DNA of 64,000 bases from Octopus vulgaris (lineage: Eukaryota): positions 682,001-746,000 of the forward strand of contig OX597819.1 of the NCBI GenBank assembly GCA_951406725.2. The letters run 5' to 3'. Numbering within the stretch: the stretch's first letter is position 1; every line of letters starts with the position of its first letter. The notes below the pieces were generated by a model that saw only the letters and a list, made by a program, of their open reading frames with translations, did not search any database and had not been told where the DNA came from. The position numbers were made by a program, and so were the translations under genes. Shown one piece after another: positions 1 to 18,873 of this stretch.

Positions 1-23
1 GTGTGTGCATGTATATATATATA

Positions 24-771
24 AGGTGTTCAGGTTACATTTGAAGATTTTTTTTGTTTCCTTTTCACAGGAATAGATTGATGTATTGGTGAACAGTCAA
101 CAACATTGAAGAGCATAAAGATTAAAATTGTAGTTATGAAAATGTTAGCTGACATGGAGGATTGGGAACAATCTGAACATTTTGATGGTCTAAGGGTGTG
201 TCTCCAGTGATGGTGATAACGTGCTGCCCCACATCTTTGAACAGGGTCTTTGGCTCCATTAAGACAGTTTTGCAAAGCTGGTGGAGACTGATCAATCCCA
301 GGCTGGAGAGGGTTGCTGTTGGAAGGTTGTATGTATGGCAGCAGGATTCAACTCCTCACCATACCTCCAGAAAGAGTCAGAAGTGGTTGTCGGAGAATTT
401 CTATGACTTCACCATCCTGAACTTCTGGCTTCCTAATTCCCTCGATTGTAATCCCATGGATGACTATGTGTGGGGATTGATTGAGAAAGAGACCAGCCAC
501 GCTGCCTGCAACTCAAGGCTGAGCTAGTAACAAAGATCAAGGAGGTGCTTGAAGATCTTCCCAGGGATACTGTGAGGAATGTACGTGTCAGGTTCTGGAG
601 CTGTCTTAAGGCCATGGTGAAAATTGAGCCTGGCTACTCTGAGTAAACTGTTATCGCACAAGCATAATCTGGTGGATATTTTTAGATTTTTTAAAAACAT
701 TTTAATTTTTGAATGGAATACTGTGATTTCTTTTCTTTTTATGCAAACTGTCAAATTTAGCCTGAACACTG
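24..771 (+). mobile_element. Internally deleted Tc1/mariner-superfamily element, DD37D (maT-like)
   Basis: Imperfect TIRs gtgttcaggttacatttga (26-44) and tcaaatttagcctgaacac (751-769). ORF 198-527 contains QQDSTPHHTS...WLPNSLDCNPMD with 37 residues between the last two catalytic Asp. Confidence 0.75.
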
Positions 772-826
772 TGTGTGTATCACTAAATCCACCCGTTTTT
801 TATTCTCTGTTTATTTTCTCTTATTC

Positions 827-862
827 CTTTCTGTTGAAGAGCACAGGCTCGAAACGTAAAAG
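827..862 (+). ncRNA. Minimal type I hammerhead-like motif with variant core
   Basis: CTTT | CTGTTGAA | GAGC-ACAG-GCTC | GAAA | CG | TA | AAAG. Stem I CTTT/AAAG, stem II GAGC/GCTC, palindromic ACGT stem III. The core deviates from CUGANGA. Duplicate at 31103-31138. Confidence 0.5.
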
Positions 863-974
863 ACATTCTCACTTTCCCGAGCATCAAACTAATACACCTG
901 CTTGTTGTTCATACACCTGTCTTCATCTTTTGTTTTCCTGTAAATTTCAACTATATATATATATATATATATGC

Positions 975-1318
975 CTCCCTCAATACCACTTCCCTCTCGA
1001 GGGGTCTTTGTCTTGCAAGTTATGAAGTGACCTTGTTGGTGTTGCTGCCACATAAAAAGCACCCAGTTAACTCTGTAAAGTGGTTGGCATTAGGAAGGGC
1101 ATCCAGTCATAAAACCATGTCAAATCAGACTATGCTAATGCCAGATAAAAAGCACTCAGTACACTTTCTAAAGTGGTTAGTGTTAGGAAGGCCATCTAGT
1201 TGTAAAAACCATGCCAAAGCAGACAGTGGAGCTTGGTGTAGTTACCAGGCTTGCCACCTCCTGTCAAATTGTCCGACCCATGCCAGCATGGAAGACAGAC
1301 ATTAAATGATGATGATGT
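975..1318 (+). mobile_element. SINE or RTE 3'-tail-bearing repeat ending in (GAT)n
   Basis: ggaagggcatccag...acccatgccagcatggaa...ttaaatgatgatgatg, the same terminus as the RTE 3' end at ~44770-44910. Related copies at 31255-31598 and 63165-63357. Confidence 0.65.
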
Positions 1319-1872
1319 GTATCATCACAACAACTGTTGTCACCACCATCTTCATCATCACCCACATTCCATGCTTATTTATGTCAGATCGGTTGTCAGA
1401 ACCTGAGTCATTTCTTATTAGGTAACACTACTCTTGTACATAAATTGGTGGAGTACATGTTGATCTTACAATTTCTTTTGGGCTCAGTTTTTACAGTGTG
1501 TAATTACTGCATTTTATTGTGGTATCAGCATCAGAAGAGTCACCAACTATGCCATAAGAATAAAGAATACTCATTATTTCACAATGTGTACATTTGGTCA
1601 AACTGTGTGGAAGCCCATTATGTACGTGTGTGTGTGTGTGTATCTGTATTTGTCACTCCTCACCACTTGGCAACTGGTGTTGGTTTGTTTATGTCAGTAT
1701 AACAGCTGTTCACCAAAGAGATAGAATAAGTATCAGGCTTAAAAAGTTGTGTATTGAGAGTCGACTGTTCAACTAAACCCATCAATGTTGTGCCCCAGCA
1801 TGGCCGCAGCTCAATGGCTGGAACAAGACAAACACATATATACATATCTATATCTGTTTATCTATGTATTTC

Positions 1873-1888
1873 GAGAGAGAGAGAGAGC

Positions 1889-1919
<31 letters not shown>

Positions 1920-1929
1920 CGAGAGCGAG

Positions 1930-2010
<81 letters not shown>
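1873..2010. repeat. (GA)n microsatellite
   Basis: Direct reading; second copy at 32153-32300. Confidence 0.95.
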
Positions 2011-2012
<2 letters not shown>

Positions 2013-2678
2013 AAAAGTGTAAACAAGGTTATGGTCAAAATACATTCCATAATTAAGCCAGTCTTCTGAGCAGCCAGGGAGTGAGAATGAGTGAACCATC
2101 AATTAGTTTCACTTTTCTTTAAAGCCACTTACTCAATCCTGGTCACTGAGATATTGTGGCAATCACTAAAAATATGTTAGTAACCTTGATTACAGTTTTA
2201 CTCTTATATACGCTGTGTCAGTGCTCCAGCTGATACAGATTTACACACACACACACACACATCTGTACATATACAATAGTTATGAGGTAAAGGAAGTGTA
2301 ACACTTCTAAACAAGTCTCATAAACAACTTTTCCAGTATACTTCATTAACAAAACAGATTGCATCTCATATCACATAATCAACTGTCTCCATATACTTCA
2401 CTGGAAGAAATAGATACACCTGCATGCTCAATAGTAGGAGTGTAATTTGACTGCATAAACTACTACTCCATAACAAAATTGTTTCTCCTATGCAATCATA
2501 GAAAATGCATGTAAATGTAGAAAAGTAGGAAGTATTTCAACAGAAATTCAGTTGATTATCTCAGCTTTGAAGGTTCAAGCTTTGAGATTTTTCAAATTAA
2601 GATCAAAGTAAAAGTACCTAATGAGTGAATCAATTACACCATAAAGACTTCTGTTGGTTCAAATAATTCTCACATCAA

Positions 2679-2778
2679 NNNNNNNNNNNNNNNNNNNNNN
2701 NNNNNNNNNNNNNNNNNNNNNNNNNNNNNNNNNNNNNNNNNNNNNNNNNNNNNNNNNNNNNNNNNNNNNNNNNNNNNN
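2679..2778. other. Scaffold gap (100 N)
   Basis: Run of exactly 100 N, a typical placeholder for a gap of unknown size. Confidence 0.99.
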
Positions 2779-2875
2779 TATATATATTGATTGATTGATT
2801 GATTGATTTAGCAACAGCTTATGAGCTGTGGCCATGCTGGGGCACCGCCATTTGGTGTTGCTACTTGGTTTCACT

Positions 2876-5840
2876 TCATGGAAGCTTTCTAGCAACTGCT
2901 ATTTGGTGCATGAGAGAGTTCGATGCAGCTGCCCTCATCTGCCCCTCCTGCCGTGAAGTTGGCTCATCTGGGACACCTGACAGGAAGAGATCCAGCTTCA
3001 TTTTAAAGACATCTGTATCCACCCCATGCAGGTCTCTCAGGTTCTTCGGGAGGATATTGAAGAGCTGTGGGCCTCGGAAGCCCAGGCTATCACAGAATCT
3101 TGTCCTACATCTTGATGGCAGGTTTGGAGTCCTAGGCACCACGCAGTGGCGCCCAGTTCTGGCATTTGCGTAACTCTCGATGCCAAAGTTCAGGACACTT
3201 CCCTCCAGGATCTTCCAGATGTATATTATGGCATATCTTTCCCGCCTACACTCCAGTGGAATATAATTTTAATCTCTTGAGTCTTTCCCAGTAGCTTACA
3301 TTCTGCATAGAGGCTATCTTCTTTGTGTAGCTTCGTTGGATCGCCTCAAGTTCTGTGATCAACTTGACACTGGATGGTGACCATAGCTGAGAGCAATAGT
3401 CAAAGTGGCTTAGGACAAGTGTCTTCCAGAGGACCATCATGGTTTCTTGTTCTCTTGTTCTAAAGGTTCTAAGAATCCATCCAGCCAGCCGTCTACATTT
3501 CATTGTCAGTTTAGCAACATGTACATGAAAGGTCGCGTCATCACTCATGTGAATACCCAGGTCACGCACTGATTGTGCCTCTGGGATTGCAATCCCTCCG
3601 GGTCCAGTGTATTCATTGGGTATTGCATTCAGTTTTGCATGCTGATAGTATAAAGCTTGAAACTTTCCAGCATTGAACTGCATGCTATTCTTTTCAGCCC
3701 ACTTGTATATTTCGTCCAGCTCACATTGCAGGTGTTTAGTGTCCTCAGGGTTCTGTATTGCCTGTGAAACTTTTGTATCATCTGCATAACTTGTGATCGT
3801 GGCTCTCTGCGTGGCTGAGGGCATGTCTGAGAGGGCCATTATGAACAGTAGTGGTCCCAGAACAGTGCCCTGCGGAACACCGCTCACTATTTGTGTGTTA
3901 ATGGAGGTGGCCCCATTGGCTACTACCACCTGACTTCTATCCTTCAGAAAGTCATGAAGCCATTCTCCCAGTTTTCCAACTATGTTGAGATCACGCAGTT
4001 TGTGACATATCATCCATGATCGACTTTATCAAAGGCCTTTGCAAAGTCGAGATATATCACTTCCACATTTGAGTGGTTGAGCAGCCGTTTCAGCACCCAG
4101 TCATAGTGTTGTAGGAGCTGAGTTAAACAGCTTCTCCCTGGTCGGAAACCATGTTGGGTGTCGGGCAGCAAGTCATTCTCTTCAAGGAAGGTGATCAGCT
4201 TCCTTCTGACTATTCGTTCCATGACCTTGCTGATGTGTGAGGTCAGAGAGAGATAGGTCTATAGTTCTTGGCTTCCGCTCTGCTACCTCCTTTATGAATG
4301 GGGCATATTTTACCTTCCTTCAGTTTTCCTGGAAGTTTGCCAGCTGCAAGGAAGCTCTGAAAGAGGAACTGCAGTGGTCTTGCTAGGACTCTTTACATGC
4401 TTTTAGGAGGATTGCCGGGAATCCATCGGGCCAGTAGCTGAGTCTGTTTTCATTTCATCTATAGCCTCTCGTTACATCGTCTTCCTTTATATCGATGTAA
4501 TCTATCGTCGCCGCCTCTGATTTTATATCTGCAGTGGTAAAAAGTCAGTTGGATTGGTGATTTGGAGATGCCCAAGGGTGGAGTGAAAACACTCTTGAAT
4601 TGCTCATTCAGTATTTCACTTACGCTCATTGGTTTGCAAGTGTGCCATCCTTTTCGAGGAGTGGCCTATTCTACAGTGCACTGTAGCTGTTTCTCTGGCA
4701 TACCTGTAGAAAGCTCTGGGGTTAGATTTTATGTTTTCTATAGCTCAGGCTTCTTTGTCTGCTCTTTCTTTTTCATGGGAGAGGATTGCAGACATTTTTC
4801 GATTTCCAACAGTTTTATTTTTAGGCGGGACTTTTCACTGCTTTCAATCTGTTTGTTTAGGCGATTTGAAAATTTCGTACGCCGTCTCATTAAAATTTTC
4901 CTCTCTTTTGGGGATTTTGTTCTTGTGTACAGTGGCCTTTCTCTCTGGGACACATTTGTAGCATATGGCTTGCATTACAGACATGAATTGTTGAAGTTTC
5001 ACGTCGATGTCTGGCGAGGAGAGACATTTAGGCCAGTTTTGTTTGAGGATCTCTTTCTCAATTTGTTTCCAGTTTGCCTTATGGTAGTTCAAGCTGGAAA
5101 GATTTTGAGGGTTTTTGTAGGCTGCATGTCCGTGCTCTCTTTGGCCCGTACATGGTCAGCTCTATCATGTTGTGATCCGAGAGTAGTGTCGGTGTCACTT
5201 TCACATTATGGATGAGATCCATGTCATTTGTGAAGCAGAGATCCAGTGTGTTACCTGCCCTGGTTGGTTGGAGTATTACCTGCTCCATGTACAGGGTGTT
5301 GGTGAGGTTCAGGAGGGACCTCGCCTGTCCTCGTTCACATCTTGTCATTCCTGGGAGAGAAAGGCCCTCGGGCCATCTGACATTGGGCAGATTGAAGTCT
5401 CCCATAAGAAGCACACCATGTGTTGTTCTAATGTGGTTAGAATTTCTTCTATTTTTATAAGGCAGTCTTCAAACTTGCCCACATGGCTTGGGGCATCTGG
5501 AGGGCGTATATGTAGCACACACAACTACATCAAGTTGCCTAATATGTACAATTAGTGTGTCACACACCGAGTTTGAGTATGACAAGAGGACCTGGGGTGT
5601 GAGGTCCTCACGGATGTACATAGCAACACCTCCATGACTCCTTTCTTTCCTGTCGGTCCGTAGTACAGCATACTGTGGTATGTGTAACTCCGCATCTGCT
5701 ATGTCCGGTTTCAGTGTGCGTTTCTGTGCATGCATATGGCTTGATTGCATGCAACAAAGTCTCTCAGGAACGGGATCTTTGTCCTGTTACTGAGTGTTTG
5801 CAGTCCTCTGATGTTCAGTAGGAGTATCGAGGTGAGGTGT
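2876..5840 (-). pseudogene. LINE-A ORF2 (apurinic endonuclease + reverse transcriptase), multiply frameshifted
   Basis: APE motifs LLNIRGL, HGGVAMYI, LMGDFNLP, QPTRAGNTLDLCF, SDHN. RT motifs [49 protein letters not shown]1-like C-terminal region. Confidence 0.92.
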
Positions 5841-6726
5841 GTACGTTGTTGCCGGCGGTGTCCATCCTGTGTCTGTTTGCTGTGGTGGTCTGGTATATAG
5901 TGGGTAGTCCCACCTGCGGGCTTGCAGGTTTGATGAAGCCAGGTCAGCTGCTGTACAATCTTTTGTGCCATGCACAAAAAGATTGTTGCTCAGCAGCTGC
6001 TCTTTCGACAACATCATGTTGGCTGTTTGTGGCGCGCACAACATCTGCGTACCTCCGCTTTGGGGCAGGTGGTGCGTGGTCCATCCCTTTTCTTTGTGTT
6101 GATGGTTTGTCCATCTGCCTCGTGTCTCTGTGGCAGGGTCCCCGATGTGCAAAGCGGCAGCCTGCACCTTCCTTTCCATGCCAGCAGGAACCTCTCAGGT
6201 AGAACATACACACCCGTGTGCGCTGTTTGGTTCCATCCTTTGCGGTTCCACTTCTATTTCTGGTTGTTTCACTCTTTGGTCCTGCTTGAGCTTTTTCTTT
6301 TCCTTTAGCTCTTCCAGTCCTTCTTTTAGTTCTTCTTCCTCCTCTACCTCTTCACCGGGTTCTCCGTCTCCATGGCCCTTGCTGCCGGTTGGAGAACTTG
6401 CACCTGTTCACTTCCCGGGCAGGTTCTCATTCAAAACCTCCTCCCGGGCGTCCACCAGGTGGGGGTGACTTCTTTCATCGTCTCCATTCTTGCCATCTTT
6501 GCCCCGCTCGTTCTCAAAGATGGCATCAAGTGCGCCAATGTGCGACCGTACAAGCGCATATGAGCGCACGAATTCCTGTCTCTTTCGCTCCATCTGAGCC
6601 GCTGTCCTCTTGTAGCCTCTGCTCTTCAGCAGCAGCCGCAATCACCTCCCTAGGGCTATCTCCGCCGGCGCACTCCCATGCTCGTACGAATAAATCCAGC
6701 TCGTCACGTCTCCATGCTCTGGACAT
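5787..6726 (-). pseudogene. LINE-A ORF1: Myb/SANT trihelix-like N-terminus, acidic region and CCCH zinc finger; frameshifted
   Basis: Joining ORFs 6526-6726 and 6408-6641 with a 1-nt correction gives RAWRRDELDLFVRAW...EVIAAALKSRGYKRTAAQMERKRQEFVRSY. ORF 5944-6213 gives CMFYLRGSCWHGKEGAGCRFAH (C-x7-C-x8-C-x3-H). Confidence 0.7.
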
Positions 6727-6779
6727 GCTGGATAATCCGTCTATCCGTTTATCTATCTAATTATGTTCGAGAGAAGACA

Positions 6780-8020
6780 GGAAGATATTAAGGCTAATTA
6801 GAAGATAGAGTACTTGAAAAGAAATATTAACAATATTAAAGTTTGTGTAAAAACGTTATTTGAGTAAAACGTTATTTAATCTTAAGGCTAATTAGGGGAT
6901 AGAGTATCTGAAAATGTATTAGCAATATTAATATTATGTTAGGCAGTGTGGATAAAAACGTTGTTTAATCTTAAGGCTAATTAGGAGATAGAGTATCTGA
7001 AAATATATTAGCAATATTAATATTATATTAGAGTGTGGGTAAAAAAAAAAAAAACGTTATTTAATCTTAAGGCTAATTTGGAGATAGAGTATCTGAAAAT
7101 ATATTAGCAATATTAATATTATATTAGAGTGTGGGTAATATTAAACGTTATTTAATTTAATCTTAAGGCTAATTAGAAGACAGAGTATCTGAAAAATTAT
7201 ATATACAATATTAAGCAATATTAACCGTTATTTAATTTAATCTTAAGGCTAATTTAGAAGATAGAGTATCTGAAAATATATTAGCAATATTAATATTATA
7301 TTAGAGTGTGATAAAAACGTTATTTAATCTTAAGGCTAATCAGGAGATAGAGTATCTGAAAATATATTAGCAATGTAAATATTATATTAGAGTGTGGGTA
7401 ATATTAAACGTTATTTAATTTAATCTTAAGGCTAATTAGAAGATAGAGTATCTGAAGAATTATTAACAATATTAAACGTTATTTAATTTAATCTTAAGGC
7501 TAATTAACAATAATTATTAACAATATTAAACAATATTAAACGTTATTTAATTTAATCCTAAGTGCTAATTAACAATAATTATTAACAATATTAAACAATA
7601 TTAAACGTTATTTAATTTAATCTTAAGGCTAATTAACAGTAATTATTAACAATATTAAACAATATTAAACGTTATTTAATTTAATCCTAAGGCTAATTAA
7701 CAATAATTATTAACAATATTAAACGTTATTTAATTTAATCTAATGCTAATTAGACGTTATTAATATTAAACGTTATTTAATTTAATCTTAGGCTAATTAG
7801 AAGATAGAGTATCTGAAAGATTATTAACAATATTAAAACAATATTAAACGTTATTTAATTTAATCTTAAGGCTAATTAACAATAATTATTAACAATATTA
7901 AACAATATTAAACATTATTTAATTTAATCCTAAGGTTAATTTGATGAGGTATCAATATTAAACGTTATTTAATTTAATCTTAAGGCTAATTAGAAGATAG
8001 AGTATCTGAAAATTATTATA
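6780..8020. repeat. Modular AT-rich tandem array (~17 units of 50-95 bp) upstream of LINE-A ORF1
   Basis: Recurrent core AAACGTTATTTAA(TTTAA)TCTTAAGGCTAATT with optional modules GAAGATAGAGTATCTGAAAA, TATATTAGCAATATTAATATTATATTAGAGTGTG and ACAATAATTATTAACAATATT. Confidence 0.9.
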
Positions 8021-8258
8021 TGAGAAGAGATATTGAAAATGTAAACAAACAAAATGACGATTATTATCGCAACTTTAACTAAGATGTGGGCCTAAGTGAA
8101 AGATAAAATAGAATAATAAATAAAATATGAAATAGATGAAATTGATACTTAATCCAACAATGTGGTCTGGATTATTTTTCTTGGTTTACGGGATTTTTTT
8201 CATAGGAGAGATACTTTTTTCTTTCTTGCAGGAGATAACTTGATTCAGTTATTTTTGC

Positions 8259-9690
<1,432 letters not shown>

Positions 9691-9854
9691 GTTATCGCCA
9701 TACTAATATGGCATTCTTATAATAAGAATAAAGCTGTCCGCTTATTAGCTCCATGAGGCCATCGCCTTAAGTTAGCTATTTGATACACAAACTGTATCCA
9801 TATAACCTTCGAACATATATGTGTTATATATATATATATATAAATATATATGTG

Positions 9855-9909
<55 letters not shown>

Positions 9910-9919
9910 TGTGTGTGTG

Positions 9920-10024
<105 letters not shown>

Positions 10025-10300
10025 ATTAATTAATAAGGGTGAGAGAATTAGATACTAATTTAATAGTATATCTATTCAACACCAAGTGGCCTAGTGCTCC
10101 GAGAAACCTGGATTATTATAATATTTTATAATATATTATAATATCTTTACAAAATAAATATAAGAGAGTGGTCACTATATGGCTCACTCTAGCACCAGTT
10201 AATCCAAAAGGTTTCAACCACAAAAATACATGTTTCCCATGAAAGTCAGTACGATTGTTAGCTCACACGGACAGGGCAAATAAAAAAATAACAAAAATAC

Positions 10301-10395
10301 AGATTATTTTGGGACAATTGTTTCAACTATTAATGAATTAAATGTAATTTTACTTACAAAAAATCCACTTGTAGCTCGTCAGCCAAGAACTATCT
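10301..10395 (-). ncRNA. Type I hammerhead ribozyme, copy 1
   Basis: Minus strand: TTGG-CTGACGA-GCTA...TAGTT-GAAAC-AATT-GTC-CCAAAA; base of stem II slightly altered. Confidence 0.75.
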
Positions 10396-10839
10396 GGATG
10401 AAATCCACTCAATCACACGCCAGATTTTACCATAACGATAAATACGCGTGTGGTTCAATTGATTACATCCGACGTTATAATTCAAATGCCCCAACTAACA
10501 GCGCGCCAAACTTCTTCACGGAAAACAAAGACTGCATTTAGAAATAAATGTAGCATAATTATAATTAATTAATAAGGGTGAGAAATTAGATACTAATTTA
10601 ATAGTATATCTCATTCAACACCAAGTGGCCTAGTGTTCCGAGAAACCTGGATTATTATAATATTTTATAATATATTATAATATTTTTACAAAATAAATAT
10701 AAGAGAGTGGTCACTATATGGCTCACTCTAGCACCAGTTAATCCAAAAAGGTTTCAACCACAAAAATACATGTTTCCCATGAAAGTCAGTACGATTGTTA
10801 GCTCACACGGACAGGGCAAATAAAAAATAACAAAAATAC

Positions 10840-10933
10840 AGATTATTTTGGGACAATTGTTTCGCTTATTAATGAATTAAATGTAATTTTACTTACAAAA
10901 AATCCACTTGTAGCTCGTCAGCCAAAACTATCT
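10840..10933 (-). ncRNA. Type I hammerhead ribozyme, copy 2
   Basis: Minus strand: AGATAGTTTTGG-CTGACGA-GCT...AGC-GAAAC-AATT-GTC-CCAAAATAATCT. Complete core, stem I TTTTGG/CCAAAA extended by AGAT/ATCT. Confidence 0.85.
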
Positions 10934-11032
10934 GGATGAAATTTGAATTATAACGTCGGATGTAATCAATTGAACCACACGCGTATTTATCGTTATGGTA
11001 AAATCTGGTGTGTGATTGAGTGGATTTCATCC

Positions 11033-11121
11033 AGATAGTTTTGGCTGACGAGCTACAGAGTGGATTTTTTTGTAAGTAAAATTACATTTAATTCATTAAT
11101 AGCGAAACAATTGTCACAAAA
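11033..11121 (+). ncRNA. Type I hammerhead ribozyme, copy 3 (inverted segment)
   Basis: CTGACGA 11045-51, GCTA/TAGC stem II, GAAAC 11104-08, AATT, GTC 11113-15. First stem I pair is a G.A mismatch. Confidence 0.75.
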
Positions 11122-12932
<1,811 letters not shown>

Positions 12933-12955
12933 TATATATGTTATATATATATATG

Positions 12956-13006
<51 letters not shown>

Positions 13007-13052
13007 ATATATATATATATATGTTATATATATATATATATATATATATATG

Positions 13053-13163
<111 letters not shown>

Positions 13164-13206
13164 ATATATATATATGTTATATATATATATATATATATAT
13201 ATATGT

Positions 13207-13286
<80 letters not shown>

Positions 13287-13296
13287 ATATATATAT

Positions 13297-13578
<282 letters not shown>

Positions 13579-13602
13579 ATATATATTATATATATATATA
13601 TG

Positions 13603-13651
<49 letters not shown>

Positions 13652-13660
13652 ATATATATA

Positions 13661-15956
<2,296 letters not shown>

Positions 15957-15998
15957 ATATATATATATATATATATGTTATATATATATATATATATG

Positions 15999-16035
<37 letters not shown>

Positions 16036-16071
16036 ATATATATATATATGTTATATATATATATATATATG

Positions 16072-16202
<131 letters not shown>

Positions 16203-16222
16203 GTTATATATATTATATATAT

Positions 16223-17109
16223 GATTGATTGATTGATTGATTCTAGTTTCAACTTATGAGCTGTGGCCATGCTGGGGCACCGCCATTTGGTGTTGCTACT
16301 TGGTTTCACTTCATGGAGGCTTTCTAGCAACTGCTATTTGGCATGAGAGAGTTCATGCAGCTGCCCTCATCTGCCCCTCCTGCCGTGAAGTTGGTTCATC
16401 TGGGACACCTGACAGGAAGAGATCCAGCTTCATTTTAAAGACATCTGTATCCGCCCCATGCAGGTCTCTCAGGTTCTTCGGGAGGATATTGAAGAGCTGT
16501 GGGCCTCGGAAGCCCAGGCTATCACAGAATCTTGTCCTACATCTTGATGGCAGGTTTGGAGTCCTAGGCACCACGCAGTGGCGCCCAGTTCTGGCATTTG
16601 CATAACTCTCGATGCCAAAGTTCAGGACACTTCCTCCAGGATCTTCCAGATGTATATTATGGCATATCTTTCCCGCCTACGCTCCAGGGAATATAATTTT
16701 AATCTCTTGAGTCTTTCCCAGTAGCTTACATTCTGCATAGAGGCTATCTTCTTTGTGTAGCTTCGTTGATCGCCTCAAGTTCTGTGATCAACTTGACACT
16801 GGATGGTGACCATAGCTGAGAGCAATAGTCAAAGTGGCTTAGGACAAGTGTCTTCCAGAGGACCGTCATGGTTTCTTGTTCTCTTGTTCTAAAGGTTCTA
16901 AGAATCCATCCAGCCAGCCGTCTACATTTCATTGTCAGTTTAGCAACATGTACATGAAAGGTCGCGTCATCACTCATGTGAATACCCAGGTCACGCACTG
17001 ATTGTGCCTCTGGATTGCAATCCCTCCGGGTCCAGTGTATTCATTGGGTATTGCATTCAGTTTTGCATGCTGATAGTATAAAGCTTGAAACTTTCCAGCA
17101 TTGAACTGC
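16223..17109 (-). mobile_element. 5'-truncated LINE-A 3' end with (AATC)n tail
   Basis: Matches 2787-3683; flanked by TA tracts. Confidence 0.92.
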
Positions 17110-17213
17110 TTATATATTTATATATATATAAATATATAAATATATATATATATATACATAAATATATAAATATATATATATATATAAATATATAAATATA
17201 TATATATATATAA

Positions 17214-17276
<63 letters not shown>

Positions 17277-17277
17277 A

Positions 17278-17357
<80 letters not shown>

Positions 17358-17540
17358 TATATATAAATACATAAATATATATATATATATAAATACATAA
17401 ATATATATATATACATAAATATATAAATATATATATATACATAAATATATAAATACATATACATATATAAATATATATATATATAAATACATATATATAT
17501 ATACATATATATACACACACACACACACACACATATATAT

Positions 17541-17655
<115 letters not shown>

Positions 17656-17692
17656 TATATGTATATATATATATATACATATACAAATATGT

Positions 17693-17737
<45 letters not shown>

Positions 17738-17853
17738 TGTATATATATATATATACATATACAAATATGTATACATATACACACACATACACACATATAC
17801 ATATATGTATATATATATATACATATACAAATATACACACACACACACACACA

Positions 17854-17895
<42 letters not shown>

Positions 17896-17904
17896 AATAT
17901 GTAT

Positions 17905-17948
<44 letters not shown>

Positions 17949-17955
17949 TATGTAT

Positions 17956-17994
<39 letters not shown>

Positions 17995-18006
17995 AATATG
18001 TATACA

Positions 18007-18046
<40 letters not shown>

Positions 18047-18066
18047 TGTATATATATATATATATA

Positions 18067-18507
<441 letters not shown>

Positions 18508-18778
18508 TTAATAAGGGTGAGAGAATTAGATACTAATTTAATAGTATATCTATTCAACACCAAGTGGCCTAGTGCTCCGAGAAACCTGGATTATTATAAT
18601 ATTTTATAATATATTATAATATTTTTACAAAATAAATATAAGAGAGTGGTCACTATATGGCTCACTCTAGCACCAGTTAATCCAAAAAGGTTTCAACCAC
18701 AAAAATACATGTTTCCCATGAAAGTCAGTACGATTGTTAGCTCACACGGACAGGGCAAATAAAAAATAACAAAAATAC

Positions 18779-18873
18779 AGATTATTTTGGGACAATTGTT
18801 TCGTTATTAATGAATTAAATGTAATTTTACTTACAAAAAAAATCCACTTGTAGCTCGTCAGCCAAAACTATCT
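18779..18873 (-). ncRNA. Type I hammerhead ribozyme, copy 4
   Basis: Same core as copy 2; one mismatch in basal stem II (GCTA/TAAC). Confidence 0.7.

Larger units (their letters stand above)
1..2678 (+). repeat. Segment duplicated at 30276-32968
   Basis: Near-identical sequence and ORF set at offset ~30275, differing by a few SNPs and microsatellite lengths; this copy ends exactly at the gap. Confidence 0.97.
2787..8040 (-). mobile_element. Near full-length CR1-clade-like non-LTR retrotransposon (LINE-A)
   Basis: On the minus strand: 5' repeat array, ORF1, APE+RT ORF2, short 3' UTR and (AATC)n tail abutting (TA)n. The 5' boundary is approximate (8040-8260). Confidence 0.9.

Noticed and set aside
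1754-2102. ER- and SL-repeat ORFs (also 32034-32392)
   Set aside because: Translations of a (GA)n microsatellite.
2876-6726. Programmed frameshifting in LINE-A
   Set aside because: Indels differ between otherwise near-identical copies and lie near a contig end, which fits sequencing error or decay.
6780-8020. CRISPR-like repeat-spacer appearance of the array
   Set aside because: The 'spacers' are themselves repeated modules of uneven length, there are no cas genes, and the context is eukaryotic.
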